Assembly (NCBI GenBank): GCA_044226625.1 | Contig: JBGAGQ010000084.1 | Coordinates: 1 to 21,538 of the forward strand | DNA from: Thermoanaerobaculia bacterium | GTDB taxonomy: Bacteria; Acidobacteriota; Thermoanaerobaculia; Multivoradales; UBA5704 | DNA: 21,538 nt | Reading direction: 5' to 3' | Shown: piece after piece, positions 1 to 8,574 of the stretch | How the letters are laid out: each line of letters opens with the position of its first letter | Position numbering within the stretch: the first letter of the stretch is position 1 | Position numbers and translations under genes: made by a program | Notes under the pieces: model-generated | Databases searched by the model: none | The model's input: only the letters and a program-made list of their open reading frames with translations | Told to the model about the DNA's origin: nothing

Positions 1-2
1 AC

Positions 3-1121
3 TACCCGTTCACCGCGCCGCTCGCCCTCTCCTTCGGCCTGCTGCTCGACGCGCTCGCCACGCGGATCGCCTCTCGCTTCCGGGGCTCTCCGGCACCCGG
101 CGGGGAGACGCCGTCCCCGCGGAGCCGACTCGCGGCGGCGCTTTCGTGGGATCGGCTCGCCGTTCTGCTGGTCGCATTCCCGTTCGTTCTCGGCCAGGCC
201 GCGAGCTTCCGCCAGACGCTCCCCTCCCCACCGCACGACGCCTCGCCCGGCTTTTGGCGCGCCGCCGCGGTGCTCTCGCATCTCCTGGAAGCGGAAGCCG
301 CCCGGCCCGGCGCACCGCCCTGGACGCTCACCGACGGCCAGTTCCCCTTCCCCGGGATCCACGACGGCAGCCTCGCGTTCTCGACCATCTTCCGCACCCA
401 CTTCCCGCGGCCGATCGCCGGAGAGCGTTTCGCCCTGGCGCCGCCGGGCACCCGGATCGTTCCGGGCGTCTCGGCCGACGATCTCCGCCGGGAGAACGAG
501 GTGCTCGACCGCTGGGCCGACGCCGTGGGCGCCGCAACGGTGCCGGTCTGCGCGACCCCGAGCGGCCTGGTGGCCCCGACCGCCGCGGCGCACGTGGCCG
601 ATTTCCGCGCCTCCCCGCGGGACGACGTCGCCCTGTTCGGCCTCTACACCTGGGAGCCGCCGTTCCGCTGGATGGGCCCGACAGCCCGCCTGCGCCTCAA
701 GGCCGCCCCCGGCGACCTGATCGTCCGCGCCTGGATGCCTCCGCCGAGCGCCCTCTCCCGCCCCGAGCCGACGTTCACGCTCACCGCTAAGGCGGCCGGG
801 CGGATGCTCGGAACGTTCCGCTTCGACCCCGCCGGAGGCGAGCAGCTCGCCCGCTTTCCTCTCGCCGAGCCTCTCGCCCCCGACGGCTCGTCCGTGGTGA
901 TCGTCCTCACCGCCGATCCCGTCTGGCGCCCGAGCGAGAACATGCCGGGCTCGCGGGACACCCGGGAGCTCACCGTCGGCCTGTTCGTCGTCGGCTTCTC
1001 CAGCGACCCCCTCGAACGCCCGGTACCGATGCGCTGCCTGTCCGGAGGCGAGCCTTCCGGAATCGCCGCCGCGGGAACCGCCGCGCCGGCACCCGCCGCT
1101 CCAGCAATCCAGCCTCGTTGA
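3..1121 (+). CDS. Partial (5'-truncated by window) hypothetical membrane protein with C-terminal beta-rich extracytoplasmic domain
   Basis: The frame of ORF 270..1121 stays open back to position 3 (YPFTAPLALSFGLLLDAL...RLAVLLVAFPFVLG, hydrophobic segments). C-terminus has GLYTWEPPFRWMGP...DTRELTVGL. Confidence 0.65.
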   Translation, partial: YPFTAPLALSFGLLLDALATRIASRFRGSPAPGGETPSPRSRLAAALSWDRLAVLLVAFPFVLGQAASFRQTLPSPPHDASPGFWRAAAVLSHLLEAEAARPGAPPWTLTDGQFPFPGIHDGSLAFSTIFRTHFPRPIAGERFALAPPGTRIVPGVSADDLRRENEVLDRWADAVGAATVPVCATPSGLVAPTAAAHVADFRASPRDDVALFGLYTWEPPFRWMGPTARLRLKAAPGDLIVRAWMPPPSALSRPEPTFTLTAKAAGRMLGTFRFDPAGGEQLARFPLAEPLAPDGSSVVIVLTADPVWRPSENMPGSRDTRELTVGLFVVGFSSDPLERPVPMRCLSGGEPSGIAAAGTAAPAPAAPAIQPR

Positions 1122-1146
1122 TTCGGCGGACCTCGGCCCGTATCGT
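1118..1146 (+). promoter_or_regulatory. Putative sigma70 promoter, leaderless GNAT transcript
   Basis: TTGATT (1118-1123), 17-bp spacer, TATCGT (1141-1146), 6 nt, ATG at 1153; no SD sequence. Confidence 0.5.
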
Positions 1147-1152
1147 TGTCCG

Positions 1153-1695
1153 ATGCCGCCGAGCCCGCCGGATCCCACCCAGCCCGAACCGCCGACGCCT
1201 TCGTCCGCGGATCCGGCGGTCGTCCTCCGCCCCGCGACCCCCGCGGACCTCGAGGCGATCGGCCGGCTCGGCGCGCATCTGGTGCGCCTCCATCACGGGT
1301 TCGATCCGCTCCGTTTCCTGTCCGCGACGCCGCGGACCGCGGAGGGGTACGGCGCCTACCTCGGCACCCAGCTCGACGAGCCGAACGTCCTCGTCCGCGT
1401 GGCCGAGCTGGCGGGAAAGGTGGTCGGCTACACGTACGCGGGGGTCGAGGGGACGGACTACATGGCCCTGCGTGGGCCCGCGGGCGTTCTGTACGACATC
1501 GTGGTCGATCCGGAATATCGCGGCCAGGGGGTCGGCCGGCGCCTGCTCGACGCGACCCTCGACGAGCTCGGGCGGCGCGGCGCGCCCCGGGTGGTGCTCC
1601 AGACCGCGGAGCGGAACGAGACCGCGCAGTGGCTGTTCGAGCGCGCCGGCTTCCGCCGCACCATGGTCGAGATGACGCGGGAGTCGGACGCTTGA
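1153..1695 (+). CDS. GNAT family N-acetyltransferase
   Basis: Acetyl-CoA motif A IVVDPEYRGQGVGRRLL, N-terminal LRPATPADL, and NETAQWLFERAGF. Confidence 0.93.
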   Translation: MPPSPPDPTQPEPPTPSSADPAVVLRPATPADLEAIGRLGAHLVRLHHGFDPLRFLSATPRTAEGYGAYLGTQLDEPNVLVRVAELAGKVVGYTYAGVEGTDYMALRGPAGVLYDIVVDPEYRGQGVGRRLLDATLDELGRRGAPRVVLQTAERNETAQWLFERAGFRRTMVEMTRESDA

Positions 1696-1708
1696 GGCGA
1701 GCCGGGCG

Positions 1709-3328
1709 ATGAAAGTCTTCGAGATCGTCATCGCGCTCCTGATGGCCGGCGCCGCGCTCGCCGCCCTGTCGCGCAAGCTCGGTGCCCCCTACCCCGCCCT
1801 GGTAGCGTTCGCGGGCGCCGTCGCCGCGCTGATCCCCGGCGCGCCGACAATCGGCCTCGATTCGGAGTTGGCGCTCGCGCTGTTCGTCGCGCCGGTCCTG
1901 CTCGACGCCGCGTTCGACTCTTCGCCGCGCGACCTGCGCGCGAACTGGCGGGCGGTGGCGAGCCTCGCGCTCGGCGCCGTGGCGCTCACCATCGCGACGG
2001 TCGCCGTGGTCGCGCGGTGGCTCGTCCCCGACCTGCCCTGGAGCGCGGCGATCGCCCTCGGCGCGATCGTGGCGCCCCCCGATGCCGCGGCGGCCACGAC
2101 GGTGCTCAAACAGCTCCGCCCGCCCCACCGCCTGCTCGTGATCCTCGAAGGAGAGAGCCTGTTCAACGACGCGAGCGCACTCCTCGTGTTCCGCCTGGCA
2201 GTCGCGGCGACGCTCACCGGCGTCCTCTCTCCCTCGACCGTCCTGCCGACGCTCCTCGTGGTGACGCTCGGCAGCGTCCTCCTCGGCCTGGTGCTCGAGC
2301 GGATCCTGCTCGGATTCATCTCGAAGATCGACGACATGGCGACCGCCGTAGTGTTCCAGTTCTGCGGCACGTTCGCGGTCTGGATGCTCGCCGAGCGGCT
2401 TCATCTGTCGGGAATCATCACGATGGTGGTGTTCGCGATCGCCGCGGGGCGCCATTCGGCGAAGATCACCCCGGCGCGCATCCGCATCCCCTCCTACGCG
2501 GTCTGGGAGTTCGCGGTGTTCGTGCTCAATGTGCTCGCTTTCATCCTCGTCGGCTTCCAGCTCAAATCGATCTCGGCCCGGGTCACCGGAGCGCAAAGCG
2601 CGCGCTACGCGCTGGTCGCCGCGGTGGTCTGCGTCGCGGTGATCGCCGCGCGGATCGTCTGGGTAACCGGTGCGGCCGCCTTCAGCCGGTGGCGCTGCCG
2701 TCCCCGGGGGTCCAAGCCGGGGCCGAAAGACGCCGTGGCGCTCGACCGGCGCGGCGCCGCGGTCGTCGGCTGGTGCGGCATGCGCGGCACGGTGACGCTC
2801 GCCGCCGCGCTCGCGCTGCCGACCGGAGCGGGAGGGGGAACGCCGTTCCCCTACCGCGACCTGATCCTCGTCACCGCCTTCGGCGTGGTGCTCGGCACGC
2901 TCGTTTTCCAGGGCCTCACGCTTCGGCCGCTGATCCTCCGTCTACGTCTGGAAGACGACGGAACGGTCGATCGGGAGGTTCAACTCGCGCGAATCGAGAC
3001 CCTCAAAGCGGCCACGAAAGCCGCGGCCACCTGCCCGGGCGCCGAGACGGTCGATTTCGTCCGCCTCCGCTACGACCTCCAACTCCGCCGCGCCGAGGCC
3101 GAGCAGGACACCGCCCACGCGGCGGAAGTGGCGCGCGCCGAGGCGGCGGAGCGCAGGAAGGAAGAAGCCGTCGTCCGCGCCGCGACCGGAGCCGCCCGTC
3201 AGAGGCTGGTCGACCTACGGGCCGACGGAACCATCGGCGACGCCGCGTTCCAGCGCGTCGAGCAGGAGCTCGACCTCACCGATCTCGATTGGGCGCAGTT
3301 TCTTCGATTGGAGGAGGGGGAAGGGTAG
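1709..3328 (+). CDS. CPA1-family Na+/H+ antiporter (NhaP/YjcE-like)
   Basis: Many TM segments; motifs APPDAAA, ILEGESLFNDA, GMRGTVTLAAALALP, LVFQGLTL. Confidence 0.93.
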   Translation: MKVFEIVIALLMAGAALAALSRKLGAPYPALVAFAGAVAALIPGAPTIGLDSELALALFVAPVLLDAAFDSSPRDLRANWRAVASLALGAVALTIATVAVVARWLVPDLPWSAAIALGAIVAPPDAAAATTVLKQLRPPHRLLVILEGESLFNDASALLVFRLAVAATLTGVLSPSTVLPTLLVVTLGSVLLGLVLERILLGFISKIDDMATAVVFQFCGTFAVWMLAERLHLSGIITMVVFAIAAGRHSAKITPARIRIPSYAVWEFAVFVLNVLAFILVGFQLKSISARVTGAQSARYALVAAVVCVAVIAARIVWVTGAAAFSRWRCRPRGSKPGPKDAVALDRRGAAVVGWCGMRGTVTLAAALALPTGAGGGTPFPYRDLILVTAFGVVLGTLVFQGLTLRPLILRLRLEDDGTVDREVQLARIETLKAATKAAATCPGAETVDFVRLRYDLQLRRAEAEQDTAHAAEVARAEAAERRKEEAVVRAATGAARQRLVDLRADGTIGDAAFQRVEQELDLTDLDWAQFLRLEEGEG

Positions 3329-3417
3329 CTCTCGTGTTTCGGAAGCTCTCCTTCGTCGCAGGTTGCAAATTGGAATCAAGCAGCACGACGACGTTCGACT
3401 TCAACCGATAGCACTTG

Positions 3418-5385
3418 TCATGAGTGAGGCCAGAGCCCAAGCACCTGCGCGGCCCGCTCGGGATCCATACGGAAAGGGCTGCCTGCGCCTTCGAAGAGGT
3501 GGTGGTCGCGGATTAGATGCACCAAGAGACCGGAGCCTCGAAGGAAGTTTCGGGTCTTTCTCTGAACGATGAGGAACTCCAAGTTGGAAAAGCGGTATGA
3601 GAGGTCCGCACTGCAGGGTAGCTCCTGATCGGTCGACGGCGTGAGAACGGCGACGCCCTGTTTCAGTTTCCTGAAGACCTCGATCGCTGGGACCTCATCG
3701 CTCCACGGAAGGCGCAGGCAGGTAAACGGGCAGTACTGATACCCCAAATAGATCTGCAAGTAGACCTCGTGGTCTCCCACGAGGGCGCCGCGTTCCTCGG
3801 GGATCCGATCGCCAGAGCTCAAGCGCCTTTCGAGATCGTCGAGCGAGAAGCCGAGAGGTAGTATGGCCAAGCTGGCCATCCCTCGCTCGCCCGAGGCGCG
3901 GAGCGCCTCCACGAACTGCTCGGTCGCACGCGCGATGCGATCTCCGGACGCCAGCAGAGCTTCCGAGAGCAGGCGATCGAGCGCGTCCGAGATTTGCGAG
4001 TGTGTGAGCCCCATTCGCTGCAGCGTCTCGGCGTCGCGGTCCATGACATCGCGTAGCGATTCGCTCTCTCCAAGAAAGCCGGAGCGCGACCATCTTCCCG
4101 GCCGCATCCGCGCTTCGACCCAGGCCTCGGTAGGGCTGGTCGTGCACTGAGGGCATGCATACCCCGCCAACAGAACGCCCTCGATGACGGCATCGAAATA
4201 TGCGGACTCGCGCTGGCACGATGCGCACCGTCGAGCCGAGCCAGTTAATTCGCTCCGCCCAAAAACAGGCCGCTCTCCGAACAGCGTCGTCGGTAGGCCG
4301 GGGTCGTGGTGGTCGAATCCATCCATCGCCACCCCGAGAATCTGCTCCCCTTGCATGAGCACGCGAAGGTTGCGTCCTACCCTTGCCAACGCTCGCCGAT
4401 CTGGTTCGATCCCCCTTGGGATTGTCCAGGCAGGATCGCAAAAAAGGGAATCGAATTGCTCCAACCGCATCTCGAGGATGCGCGGCCCTATTCCATCCGC
4501 GACCTCGGTGAGCGACTTCCGGATGCCGTCCTGGCCGTAGATCGGCAGGAGGTTCCTGCCGCCATCGGGAAGCGTTACCACTCCAAAGAACGCTCCATTG
4601 GACCACCGCACCTTTTCCAAGAGGTCGCGTACGGCATCGCCCAGGGAGAGCGGGACGATCTCGGTCCACAGGTCTTCCGTAGAGGGGTTCTCGGGCTCGG
4701 ATCTCTCAAATTCGCCGCGCTGCAAATCCCGGCGTCGGCCCGCGGCCAGGGACGCAAATTCTCCCTTGGGGGCCACCTCGATAGCGTTTTGGTAATCGCG
4801 AGCGGCGCGAGAGGGGTCGCCGAGCATTTCGTGGGCGAGCCCTCGGTGATACTGCGTCATCGGTTGCGAAGGGTCGAGTCGGATCGCGATGTCCAGGTGC
4901 GGGAGCGCTTCCTTCCAACGGCCGAGCAGCAGACAGGCGATGCCCTTGTTGTCATGCGCTGTTCGATAGGAGGGATCGAAAGCAAGGGCTGCGTCATAGT
5001 CGCTCAGAGCTCGCTCGACTTGGCCGCTCTCAGCATACGCGAGCCCTCGCTCGGTCAGCGCCATCGGAAAGCAGGGCCGGAGTTTGATCGCCAGATCCAG
5101 ATCGGCGATCGCTTCCGGATAGCGTCGGAGCCTGCAGCGCACGAGCCCCCGACCATAGAAAGCGCTTGCGTCCGGACCGCGCTCGATCGCCCTGGTGAAG
5201 ATCTGGAGGGCTCCGTCCAAATCTCCCGCCTGGTTGAGTGCCCACCCCTGATTCAAAAGGTCGGTGAGATTCTCCTCGCGCTTGGCACCCGCTTCTCTCC
5301 CCAGCGCACCTCCAGCGTTGTCACCGGACGTCCCGGACGCCGGGCCTCTCGAAAGCTTCTCCTTGACCCTACTCAACCAAGACAT
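3418..5385 (-). CDS. TPR-repeat protein with CxxC...CxxC zinc-ribbon-like segment and uncharacterised C-terminal domain
   Basis: About five TPRs in the N-terminal third (e.g. AFYGRGLVRCRLRRYPEAIADLDLAIKLRP); CASC...CPQC; C-terminal GFLGESE...GYQYCPF...HLIRDHHLFEG..SPFRMDP; GGAGG SD upstream. Confidence 0.8.
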   Translation of the reverse strand: MSWLSRVKEKLSRGPASGTSGDNAGGALGREAGAKREENLTDLLNQGWALNQAGDLDGALQIFTRAIERGPDASAFYGRGLVRCRLRRYPEAIADLDLAIKLRPCFPMALTERGLAYAESGQVERALSDYDAALAFDPSYRTAHDNKGIACLLLGRWKEALPHLDIAIRLDPSQPMTQYHRGLAHEMLGDPSRAARDYQNAIEVAPKGEFASLAAGRRRDLQRGEFERSEPENPSTEDLWTEIVPLSLGDAVRDLLEKVRWSNGAFFGVVTLPDGGRNLLPIYGQDGIRKSLTEVADGIGPRILEMRLEQFDSLFCDPAWTIPRGIEPDRRALARVGRNLRVLMQGEQILGVAMDGFDHHDPGLPTTLFGERPVFGRSELTGSARRCASCQRESAYFDAVIEGVLLAGYACPQCTTSPTEAWVEARMRPGRWSRSGFLGESESLRDVMDRDAETLQRMGLTHSQISDALDRLLSEALLASGDRIARATEQFVEALRASGERGMASLAILPLGFSLDDLERRLSSGDRIPEERGALVGDHEVYLQIYLGYQYCPFTCLRLPWSDEVPAIEVFRKLKQGVAVLTPSTDQELPCSADLSYRFSNLEFLIVQRKTRNFLRGSGLLVHLIRDHHLFEGAGSPFRMDPERAAQVLGLWPHS

Positions 5386-5454
5386 CGGCCCTCCAAGCGT
5401 TCAGGGCGAATCCCACTGATCACATCGACACACACGGCGATCACCGAACCACAA

Positions 5455-5775
5455 TCACCATGTGATGCGCTCCCATTCGGCGATCCTCTGCCATTCGCTC
5501 GTTCCGGAGGTGTACGACACGAAGGCCTGGCAGATTTCATCCGCCGTCAAGCTGCGCTTCGCGCGATAGTGATGCGCCACGTCGCCTTCCTGGTACTCCA
5601 GATCGAAGCCAACATTCCGGTCGCCGCTCGTCTGAATGTAGGTCATCTCGTACTTCTCAAGAATCAGGAAGGCGTCGTCTTCACTGGAATCCAGGGAGAA
5701 CACCGCATGGCGGATGTCGGCCTCCGTGGGGTCCGGAATCGATTCTTCGCCGCAAATGATGAGACCGTAGCCCAT
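5455..5775 (-). CDS. Small acidic hypothetical protein
   Basis: 106-aa ORF with globular composition, AGGGGG SD-like sequence upstream, same orientation as neighbours. Confidence 0.7.
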   Translation of the reverse strand: MGYGLIICGEESIPDPTEADIRHAVFSLDSSEDDAFLILEKYEMTYIQTSGDRNVGFDLEYQEGDVAHHYRAKRSLTADEICQAFVSYTSGTSEWQRIAEWERITW

Positions 5776-5908
5776 CGTCCAATTGTCCCCCTGAAGGTCG
5801 TTTGAAGGCTTGTTCTTCTAAGGAGCGTTACAAGAAAAGGCGCTGAAGTGCCGCGTCAATCTTGAGGCGCCACTCCAATGTAGACGAGACGCTTCGGCCT
5901 ATCGACCC

Positions 5909-6274
5909 CTAGCTTGGTGAGCCTTCAGGCGGTGCCGGGACCAATGTGGCGAGTTGTTGGATCAACAGAGGAATCTCGCTCACGGTCAGCAACCAGATGC
6001 GGTCATCCGCAATCTCATCGTAAGCGTGCACGAGCACGTTCCGTTGATCGACGATCCGTCGCCAAGGAATCTCGGGGTGAGCTTCTTTGAATTCGCTGGA
6101 GACTCGCCGTGCGGCCTCTCCAATGATCTCGATTCTCCGCTCGGTCGCAAGACGAAGATCTTCGTCCTCGACGTACCGCGCGAACGTGGAACCGCGGAGC
6201 GAAGAGACGACTCCCTTCACCGCCTTCAGCATGTCCCAAAGATGAACCGCATCACGGCCCGAGTCAGGCGGCAT
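5909..6274 (-). CDS. hepT: HepT-like HEPN ribonuclease toxin (DUF86)
   Basis: RX4HXY motif RNVLVHAY, IEIIGEAA, HPEIPW. Start moved to ATG 6274, which overlaps the mntA stop by 11 nt. Confidence 0.9.
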   Translation of the reverse strand: MPPDSGRDAVHLWDMLKAVKGVVSSLRGSTFARYVEDEDLRLATERRIEIIGEAARRVSSEFKEAHPEIPWRRIVDQRNVLVHAYDEIADDRIWLLTVSEIPLLIQQLATLVPAPPEGSPS

Positions 6275-6563
6275 AGAGGAGCTGCTGATTCGCCAGGATC
6301 GCCTGTCGGCGGAACGGATTCCGCAACCCCTTCTTCTCGACCAGGTCAACCTCGCGTCCGAAGATGCCTTCCAGCTCTTCCCTCATCGCAGAGAGGTCCC
6401 ACAACGTCCAGGGTGCCTCGGCTGCGAAGGAAACGAGAACGTCGACGTCGCTTTCTGGCCGAAAATCGGCGCGCAGCACGGAGCCGAACAGCGCCAGCTC
6501 GGTCACCTTCCAGCGCTGGCAGAATTCGGAGATACGTTCGCGGTCCATCTGGATTTCGGGCAT
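6264..6563 (-). CDS. mntA: MntA-like minimal nucleotidyltransferase antitoxin
   Basis: GSX10DXD motif GSVLRADFRPESDVD, GREVDLV; GAGGAG SD; TAGAAT -10-like box at 6582-6587. Confidence 0.92.
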   Translation of the reverse strand: MPEIQMDRERISEFCQRWKVTELALFGSVLRADFRPESDVDVLVSFAAEAPWTLWDLSAMREELEGIFGREVDLVEKKGLRNPFRRQAILANQQLLYAA

Positions 6564-6670
6564 CGGGTCTCCTCGGGTCGAATTCTACTCCCGTCCCGTC
6601 GGCCTCGGAGGCTTCGATCTTTCACTCCCGAACGCAGCTGGCCGACTCCTCTTGCCCCTTCAGGAGGAGC

Positions 6671-7041
6671 CTAGCCCCCCACCTCGCCGAGGCTCCCGGA
6701 AAGCAACCGATCCAACTCCTCCCACTGGTCATCGCAAAGGCCCAGCCGATAGGCGGCCTGCCGGAAGGCCGCCTGCTCGCTGCGATAGAGCTCCCAGAGG
6801 CTCACCTTCCGATCCTCAACGCAGGCCCGGACGTTCGCCAGGCGGTCGGCGACTTTGACCAACAGAGCGAGCTCCGTCGGGCCGGTAACCTCCGCCAGTT
6901 TCGCGTAGGTCTTGGCCTTTCGCTCCTTACGGTTTGCGCCGGGCTGGTCCGTCAAGAGGTCCACGCAAGCCGCCACGTTCGATCCGAACCGGGACTCGAT
7001 CTCCGACAGCGTGGTGCCGGTGTCCTCGACGGTGTCGTGCG
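6671..7041 (-). pseudogene. C-terminal fragment of small alarmone hydrolase (Mesh1/SAH-type HD domain), disrupted by IS1595 element
   Basis: Reads HDTVEDTGTTLSEIESRFGSNVAACVDLLTD...ALLVKVADRLANV from 7039, i.e. the HDxxED and KxADRxxN motifs. It starts abruptly at the IR with no in-frame start before HD. Confidence 0.88.
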
Positions 7042-7065
7042 GGGCAACAACATACTTGACTCACC
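7042..7065 (+). repeat. Terminal inverted repeat (cargo end)
   Basis: GGGCAACAACATACTTGACTCACC; 23/24 match to the reverse complement of 10024-10047. Confidence 0.93.
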
Positions 7066-7084
7066 AGATAGTATCGTCTATGCT
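7056..7084 (+). promoter_or_regulatory. Putative sigma70 promoter for CapRel-like gene; -35 inside the IR
   Basis: TTGACT (7056-7061), 17 bp, TATGCT (7079-7084), 6 nt, ATG 7091. Confidence 0.65.
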
Positions 7085-7090
7085 TTGGGC

Positions 7091-8161
7091 ATGGCATGGA
7101 CCAAGCCTCAATTCGGGCGCGGGCGAGTGGACGCAGCGGGCGACCACTTGGCTAGCGATGATCTAGCAGATGAAGCCTTTTTTGATTCGCTTGCGGTTAT
7201 AAATAACTGGCGATCTTCCCATAGTTACCCACTTCAGGTCCTGAAAATGAACCTGCTCGGCCGCGCGAGAAGGGTTGATGGCGAAGCGATTGTGGCGCAG
7301 CGGCTTAAGAGGTTGTCGTCAATCAACATGAAGTTGAGACGCAATCCGAATATGAAGCTCTCACAAATGCAAGACATTGGGGGTTGCAGAGCGGTCGTTA
7401 AGTCGGCCGACAACGTTGAGAGTCTCCTCAAGTTATATCAAGAGGGGAGCGCAAAAAACCCTCGGGGTCGATCTGAGCTAGTCAAGACCTACGATTACAT
7501 TGCAAACCCGAAAAGCGACGGCTACAGGAGTATGCATTATATATACAAGTACAGGACCGACTCTCAGCAGCACCAGGTTTATGATGGCCTTAGAATCGAA
7601 ATTCAAATACGATCTCGGCGACAGCACGCTTGGGCGACAGCAGTAGAGACAGTTTCCACTCTGACCGGTCAATTTCTGAAATCGAACATCGGAGACGATC
7701 AGTGGAAGAGGTTTTTTGCCTTAATGGGCAGCGCTATCGCTATAAAAGAACGAAAGAATCCAGTTCCGGGGACACCCACCAACCGCAGCGAACTTTCCGA
7801 AGAATTGCGTGACCTGTCGGCACAGCTAAAAATTGAGACCGTTCTCTCAGGCTACAGTAACGCTATCCATTCAATTCAAGCCTCTATGGAAAATGCTATC
7901 GCCTACCTGATGGTTCTGGATTCGAAACGACAAACGGTAAACATTCACGGCTATTCGAAGCATGAACTTTTAGACGCCTCGGCCGCATATCTCCAAGTGG
8001 AAAAGGAGACCTCGAATCAACCGGAGATCCAGGCCGTCTTGGTTTCTGTGGAGTCCATCGCCGCACTTCGTAGCGCATACCCGAATTATTACCTGGACAC
8101 CAGGGCGTTCATTAGCGAAGTCCGAGAGGCCGTGTCTCCGCGTCCTGTTCGACGAACTTGA
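7091..8161 (+). CDS. capRel: RelA/SpoT synthetase-domain protein, fused CapRel-like toxSAS (putative anti-phage tRNA pyrophosphokinase)
   Basis: 356 aa from MAWTKPQF. SYNTH motifs QRLKRLSSI, MQDIGGCR, DYIANPKSDGYRSMH, IEIQIRSRRQHAWA; N-terminal NNWRSSHSYPL; C-terminal AVLVS...SAYPNYYLDT..F with YXXY at 8078-8089. The SYNTH call is firm; the CapRel subfamily call rests on recalled motifs. Confidence 0.8.
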   Translation: MAWTKPQFGRGRVDAAGDHLASDDLADEAFFDSLAVINNWRSSHSYPLQVLKMNLLGRARRVDGEAIVAQRLKRLSSINMKLRRNPNMKLSQMQDIGGCRAVVKSADNVESLLKLYQEGSAKNPRGRSELVKTYDYIANPKSDGYRSMHYIYKYRTDSQQHQVYDGLRIEIQIRSRRQHAWATAVETVSTLTGQFLKSNIGDDQWKRFFALMGSAIAIKERKNPVPGTPTNRSELSEELRDLSAQLKIETVLSGYSNAIHSIQASMENAIAYLMVLDSKRQTVNIHGYSKHELLDASAAYLQVEKETSNQPEIQAVLVSVESIAALRSAYPNYYLDTRAFISEVREAVSPRPVRRT

Positions 8162-8196
8162 GGGGGCCGGCCCTCCTTAAAATCGTCCTACTGCTT

Positions 8197-8382
8197 TCAA
8201 TCCTCAACCCCCAGAAACTCCCGCAGTGCCCGGCGGATGATCTCGGATTTGCTCGCCCGCTCCTTCGCCGCCCGCTTCTCCAGAGCTTCCGCTTCGTCCG
8301 TGTGTAGGTAAGCGACCTCCCGAACGAGTCCGCGACTCGTGGCGGGAGTCCTGCGCTCCGGTTTGGCTTTCCTGGTAGGCAC
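8197..8382 (-). CDS. Ribbon-helix-helix (CopG-like) DNA-binding protein
   Basis: VAYLHTDEAEALEKRAAKERASKSEIIRRALREFL is a typical RHH pattern. The GTG start at 8382 is uncertain. Confidence 0.75.
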   Translation of the reverse strand: MPTRKAKPERRTPATSRGLVREVAYLHTDEAEALEKRAAKERASKSEIIRRALREFLGVED

Positions 8383-8574
8383 CTCAGGACAATACCGAAC
8401 CGCGCTACCTACACTAGACACACGATAAACACGCACTATGCCCACATTGTAACCACCGGCCACCAATCTGGGAACGGAGGTGGAGCGAGCCGAAGGCGAG
8501 TGCGAAAGCCTTGCGCGAAGGGCACCGCCTTGCCTGTAGGCGGGGCGGGTTTCCATCTCAGAACGGAGGAAGCG

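Noticed and set aside
644-2596. 650-aa minus-strand ORF and similar long shadows (4306-5805, 13424-15385, 15231-17015, 18810-21506)
   Set aside because: Arg/Gly/Pro-rich antisense or alternate-frame products overlapping well-supported genes.
5954-7090. N-terminal 379 codons of the 735-aa ORF, suggesting a large RSH fusion
   Set aside because: Antisense to hepT, mntA and the SAH fragment, and it crosses the IS boundary. Promoter geometry and motif onset put the real start at 7091.
6671-8161. HD + SYNTH as a split bifunctional Rel/SpoT
   Set aside because: Opposite strands, separated by the IR. The hydrolase has its own stop and its N-terminus on the far side of the element; no TGS/ACT domains.
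8469-8570. Known riboswitch or ribozyme (c-di-GMP-I, hammerhead)
   Set aside because: GCGAAAGC is suggestive, but the GGCAAAC/GACGCAAAGC or CUGAUGA cores are absent.
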